From: Phormidesmis sp.
GTDB taxonomy: Bacteria > Cyanobacteriota > Cyanobacteriia > Leptolyngbyales > Leptolyngbyaceae
Reading direction: 5' to 3'
Length of the DNA: 64,000 bases
NCBI GenBank assembly: GCA_965248535.1
Contig: CBDFJR010000005.1
Coordinates: 352,001 to 416,000 of the forward strand
Below the pieces are notes generated by a model, which saw nothing but the letters and a program-made list of their open reading frames with translations, ran no database searches and had not been told where the DNA came from. A program made the translations under genes and the position numbers. Shown one piece after another: positions 59,957 through 64,000 of the stretch; within the stretch, counting starts at the first letter, position 1; every line of letters begins with the position of its first letter.

Positions 59957-61186
59957 CTAGCGAATCAGCAAAACCGCCGATTGTAGCAGACCAATCACAA
60001 AGCCGAGAATTCCGCCCAGATTGACGATCGCTTGCAGTTCACTTTTGACAATGCCGTTAATCGCGTTCTCTAAATCTGCGGGAGACGTAGCTTTGACGCG
60101 ATCGGTAATCACCTGATCGATATTCAAAATCGGAATCGCCTGAGCCACGATCGTTTCAAGATCTCGCTCCAGATATCGCTCTAAAATCAACGCCAACTCC
60201 TGACTGATCACTTCTAATGAGCCAGTCACCGCGTCTGACGTTTGCAGCCGAGTCAAAATTACCGATGCCACGTTTTCCCAATCGACCGACTCACTTAAGC
60301 CCTGCAACACTTCAGCCCCTCGGTCTTGCAGATAGTGCCGGACGCTTTCGCGCATGGTTTTGCGGAGTTGTCGAACGGTCGAAACGGGGAGATTTTGCAG
60401 CGACAGGTTTTGCAGCCATTCTTTTAGGCGCGATTTAACGCCCAGCGAGAAGACCAACTCTGCCAAAACGGTGTTGCAGGCTTCTTTCTCGTCTAAACAA
60501 AAAGCGCGTAGGCGAACCAGCGAGTTGCGAACTCCAAAAAGATTAGCGACCACCCAATAAGTGCCGCTCGTTTTTTCGCGAAAGCCCTCGTCAATGACTT
60601 GAATATTGCGATCGGTCAAAAAATCAATCAACACCTGACGAATGCGATCGGGCGGTGCCACCACTTGAGTCACCCAATCTGCTAGCTTTCCCGACTGATC
60701 ATCATTGAGTTGAAACTCTAGAATCACGCGATCGAAAATCTGATTCAACTGCTCTTCTAGAAACTCTTCGCGCCGTGCCAGCACCTTGAGAAGCCGCGGC
60801 AGTGACTGTCCAAACAAATCGCGCAAAATGTTTGCCAGGATTTTGGCAGTTTTCTGCTCTTTGTCTGATTCAAGCTGCTCTAGCGCTAGTTTTAGTAGCC
60901 ACAGCAAAGCACTCTGCACCCGCTCAGTTTGCAGCAGCCGCCGAGCCAATTTTTGCAATTCGTCGGGAGTCAACAACGACCCCATGATCGTGTCAGAGAT
61001 GCGTTTGGCGAGGCGTTCTTGATTGCGAGGAATCAGACCGGGCGTGAAGGGAACGCGCTGTTTTCCCAGATAGAGGGCCCGATAGGGGCGAAACAGCATT
61101 TTGATAGCGACATCATTGGTGAAATATCCAATAATTCCGCCAACAACTGGAGGAGCGACAAAAAGCCAGAGCGTAGAAAGATCCAA
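59957..61186 (-). CDS. DUF445 family protein
   Basis: [16 protein letters not shown] and [13 protein letters not shown] motifs. Confidence 0.92.
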   Translation of the reverse strand: MDLSTLWLFVAPPVVGGIIGYFTNDVAIKMLFRPYRALYLGKQRVPFTPGLIPRNQERLAKRISDTIMGSLLTPDELQKLARRLLQTERVQSALLWLLKLALEQLESDKEQKTAKILANILRDLFGQSLPRLLKVLARREEFLEEQLNQIFDRVILEFQLNDDQSGKLADWVTQVVAPPDRIRQVLIDFLTDRNIQVIDEGFREKTSGTYWVVANLFGVRNSLVRLRAFCLDEKEACNTVLAELVFSLGVKSRLKEWLQNLSLQNLPVSTVRQLRKTMRESVRHYLQDRGAEVLQGLSESVDWENVASVILTRLQTSDAVTGSLEVISQELALILERYLERDLETIVAQAIPILNIDQVITDRVKATSPADLENAINGIVKSELQAIVNLGGILGFVIGLLQSAVLLIR

Positions 61187-61236
61187 GGCAGCCGTTTTGA
61201 GTGAAGGTGGGAGGCGTGAGTCTCAAACTGAGAACT

Positions 61237-61929
61237 CTATTTCTGTATCACTAACACTCCCATCGTACCCCCGGCAGTGGGATAGTGTGTGGCAGACGCA
61301 AATCCGGCTTGGTTGGCAAGGCTGACTTGCTTGGCACCCGTCGGAAATTTGTCGAGACTGGGAGCGATGTAGGCATATTCTTCGGTGAAGCCCAGCCGAT
61401 GCGCCGCCGGAACCACCACTTCGTCGAGATACCACTTCTGAAACGATCGCACCCACGCGTTACTAGGACGGTGCATATCAAGAATGGCGGCTTTGGCACC
61501 TGGCTTAAGAACTCGGTGAATTTCTTTCAAACTGAGCAAAATATCGGTGACGTTTCGCAGACCATAGCCCATCGTGGCGCAATCAAACTGGTTGCCCTCA
61601 AAGGGAAGCGTTAAAACATCCGATTCGACCCAGTGAATGGGCGGTTTGAGGCAGCGACGATCGCCGCGATCGTGCGCCACCTGCAACTGAGCCGAAGAAA
61701 AATCAACGCCATAAACCTGCCCCGTTTTGCCCACTTTTTCGGCTAACATCTGGGCAATATCCCCACTGCCACAGCACAGATCGACACAGCGATCGCCGGG
61801 TTTAGCGCCGCTCCACTTGACCGTCATTTGTTTCCAGACGCGGTGCTGACCGAAACTGAGAACCGTATTTAGCTCATCGTAAACAGGAGCGATGCGATCG
61901 AACAGAGCTTGGATTTGATCAGAATTCAT
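61237..61929 (-). CDS. menG: UbiE/MenG methyltransferase (demethylphylloquinol methyltransferase)
   Basis: FDRIAPVYD, DLCCGSGD and MGYGLRNV motifs. Confidence 0.9.
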   Translation of the reverse strand: MNSDQIQALFDRIAPVYDELNTVLSFGQHRVWKQMTVKWSGAKPGDRCVDLCCGSGDIAQMLAEKVGKTGQVYGVDFSSAQLQVAHDRGDRRCLKPPIHWVESDVLTLPFEGNQFDCATMGYGLRNVTDILLSLKEIHRVLKPGAKAAILDMHRPSNAWVRSFQKWYLDEVVVPAAHRLGFTEEYAYIAPSLDKFPTGAKQVSLANQAGFASATHYPTAGGTMGVLVIQK

Positions 61930-62030
61930 CAATTTTGGAGTGAAAACCCAATGAAAAAAGCAGATAGTTAGAATTCTAAATTTTAAATACCTGCTTTTTG
62001 GCCATACGCTGCTAAATCGTAAGAATCGGT

Positions 62031-62993
62031 TCAGCGCAATGCGATCGCCGGAGCGTAACGGCTACAGGTTAGGGCTAGCGCCACCTGTTGGGCAGAAAGA
62101 TGCAGCAGCATCAATTCATCTTCTCTGAGGGTGAAAGGCTGCTGCCATTGCAGCGATAACACCGCTAGCACTTCGCCCCGCAGCGTCACAGGAACTATCA
62201 GGTGTGCCTGAACGCCAGCCTTAGCGTAGTGAGGAACCTCTGACAAACTGGCATCGGCAGGGACATTTACAGACACCTGCATTTTTTGAGCAGCGATCGC
62301 ATCTTTCACCATCGGGTCTTTTTCTAACCAATTCTCTAAAGGCTCGGCCACACTGTAGCTGCCGTCAGCCGTCAGCGTTCCTTTATCAACCAGTTGCAAA
62401 ATGCAGCCATCGGCCAGAAAATTTTTGCCAAAGGCAGTGGCGATCGGTTCCAGGGTGCTTTCTAAGCTGACTGACTCTTGAGCCACGTAAACGATCGTCG
62501 AGAGCAGAGCAGTTTGAGCCTGCGATCGCCGCAATTCTTCCGTGCGTTGTTTCAGCAGTTCATAAGTCTCGGCGGCTCGCTGCACCACTGCTTTGAGTTC
62601 GTTAGGGTCCCAAGGCTTTGTAATATATTTATAGACCTGACCTGAATTAATCGCTTCGACCAGATCCTCAACGTCCGTAAATCCGGTGAGAATAATCCGC
62701 ATGGTGTCAGGAAATTTTGGGACGGTGCGACTCAAAAATTCCGTTCCTTTCATCTCAGGCATCCGTTGATCAGAGATAATCACCGCGACTTCGCCTTCAG
62801 CAGACAGCACTTCTAGAGCTTGAATTCCGCTTTCGGCTTTGAGAACCTGAAAGTCTCGGCGAAAGGTGCGATAAAGCAGATCAAGATTATCTGGCTCATC
62901 GTCAACCACCAGCATTTTGGTCTTTTTAAGACGCTCTGAGCTGACCAACTGGCGGCTAACGGTATCAAGCTCTGGAATTGTATATTCCATCAA
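62031..62993 (-). CDS. Response regulator with C-terminal GAF domain
   Basis: LVVDDE, IISDQRMP and YITKPW motifs, then a GAF-like region. Confidence 0.92.
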   Translation of the reverse strand: MMEYTIPELDTVSRQLVSSERLKKTKMLVVDDEPDNLDLLYRTFRRDFQVLKAESGIQALEVLSAEGEVAVIISDQRMPEMKGTEFLSRTVPKFPDTMRIILTGFTDVEDLVEAINSGQVYKYITKPWDPNELKAVVQRAAETYELLKQRTEELRRSQAQTALLSTIVYVAQESVSLESTLEPIATAFGKNFLADGCILQLVDKGTLTADGSYSVAEPLENWLEKDPMVKDAIAAQKMQVSVNVPADASLSEVPHYAKAGVQAHLIVPVTLRGEVLAVLSLQWQQPFTLREDELMLLHLSAQQVALALTCSRYAPAIALR

Positions 62994-63210
62994 TAACTAA
63001 CTCCTTCGCAAAGATGGGGAACAGCCGATCGCCGACAGTGAATTGTGTCTGGGGCGTTCAGCAAGACACTGGGCAAATGACATCTCTCTAGTCTGGCCAT
63101 TTTGCCCTTGTTTTTAACAGGTTGGGCTAAAAAGAAGGCCCGACCCGTAATCGGAGGGAATGTCTGGGTATTTATAGAGTGAGGAATCGTTTGGGCGATC
63201 GAAAACACAA

Positions 63211-64000
63211 ATGGACAGTGAACTACCCGCTAAAGACAAAAGGCTCGCGGTGCTAATTGATGCAGAAAACGCCAGTGCCGACCTAATCGAAGCACTTTTA
63301 ATGGAAGCAAGCCGATTTGGAACGACCCACGTCAAGCGCATCTATGGCGACTGGACAAACGGCCAGCTTGCTAGCTGGAAAGCTAAGTTACACAAACTTG
63401 CGATTCAGCCGATGCAGCAGTTTAGATATACGACGGGCAAAAATGCGACCGATAGCGCTCTGATCATTGATGCAATGGATTTGCTCTACACGCGCAACTT
63501 TGACGGGTTTTGCATTGTGTCTAGTGATAGCGATTTCACTCGTTTAGCCAGTCGCATTCGAGAAGCGGGGCTAGTTGTTTATGGATTTGGTGAGCAAAAA
63601 ACGCCAGAAGCTTTTGTGAGTGCTTGCGACAAATTCATCTACACAGAGGGGTTAAAACTTTTAGAAACCTGTACTGAAAAGCAACAAACAGAGCTTAAGA
63701 GCAGCATTTCTGAGTCGATAAACACGACTAAACAAACTGCGAAAGACTGCCAAACTACGAATGAGCTAATCTTAAAGATTGACAAAAAATTATTGAAGCT
63801 TTTGAAGAAGGCCTATGAAGCGATCGTCGGTAAAGACGGCTGGGCAAACTTAGGAACTCTAGGCGCACAAATCAGAAAACTCTGTCCAGATTTTAGTCCT
63901 AAAAACTATGGTTTTAAGCAGCTTGGGAAACTATTGCAGGCAACCCAAGTTTTTGACGTTAAAGAAAATCCAAACCCCAAGAACCCACAAGCCAAGGATT
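63211..64000 (+). CDS. NYN domain protein with OST-HTH (partial, runs off the window end)
   Basis: LAVLIDAEN, RIYGDW, GKNATDSALIIDAMD, VSSDSDF and GWANLG..G motifs. Confidence 0.9.
   Translation, partial: MDSELPAKDKRLAVLIDAENASADLIEALLMEASRFGTTHVKRIYGDWTNGQLASWKAKLHKLAIQPMQQFRYTTGKNATDSALIIDAMDLLYTRNFDGFCIVSSDSDFTRLASRIREAGLVVYGFGEQKTPEAFVSACDKFIYTEGLKLLETCTEKQQTELKSSISESINTTKQTAKDCQTTNELILKIDKKLLKLLKKAYEAIVGKDGWANLGTLGAQIRKLCPDFSPKNYGFKQLGKLLQATQVFDVKENPNPKNPQAKD

Larger units (their letters stand above)
7200..63000. repeat. HIP1 octamer GCGATCGC dispersed through the core region
   Basis: Many copies, e.g. at 7407, 11104, 12633, 13631 and 24666; sparse in 1-7100. Confidence 0.9.

Noticed and set aside
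7788..63341. Many short ORFs nested in or antisense to core genes
   Set aside because: They are shadow frames of well-supported genes with no independent motifs.
1..64000. CRISPR array, tRNA/rRNA genes, integrase or reverse transcriptase
   Set aside because: None seen. The tandem repeats are coding or lack unique spacers, and no ORF shows tyrosine recombinase or RT motifs.

Overview
Cyanobacterial chromosome segment: HIP1 octamer GCGATCGC is frequent, and ntcA, chlI, gap2, ycf35 and pilBTC are present. A filamentous Leptolyngbya-like host is my inference. From about 7.2 kb onward the window is mostly core genes (tex, ribE, pgeF, ntcA, fabI, hisB, gap2, cobH, dapB, chlI, vte5, pilC-pilT-pilB, grpE-dnaK-dnaJ, rsgA, menG). 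The first ~7.1 kb is an AT-richer, HIP1-poor accessory region that reads as a decaying integron-type cassette array. It has several related 86-88 bp attC-like sites and no integrase in the window. It carries a MazF TA pair, an orphan Pycsar-type membrane effector, DUF1993 and SnoaL cassettes, and TA fragments. It also holds a 4.3 kb block where a LysR gene faces an operon whose aspartoacylase is split in two around a Zn-finger membrane gene flanked by 63 bp direct repeats. Notable items in the core part are: a 192 bp IS200/IS605-type mini-element made only of the two ends plus an omegaRNA-like scaffold, whose predicted guide is the start of the downstream gene; a second tnpB remnant; a solo attC cassette; a structured ncRNA candidate before gap2; and an uncalled 31-aa membrane protein. 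Several 1-2 nt frameshifts, including one in ntcA, may be assembly errors. No rRNA, tRNA or CRISPR array was seen.
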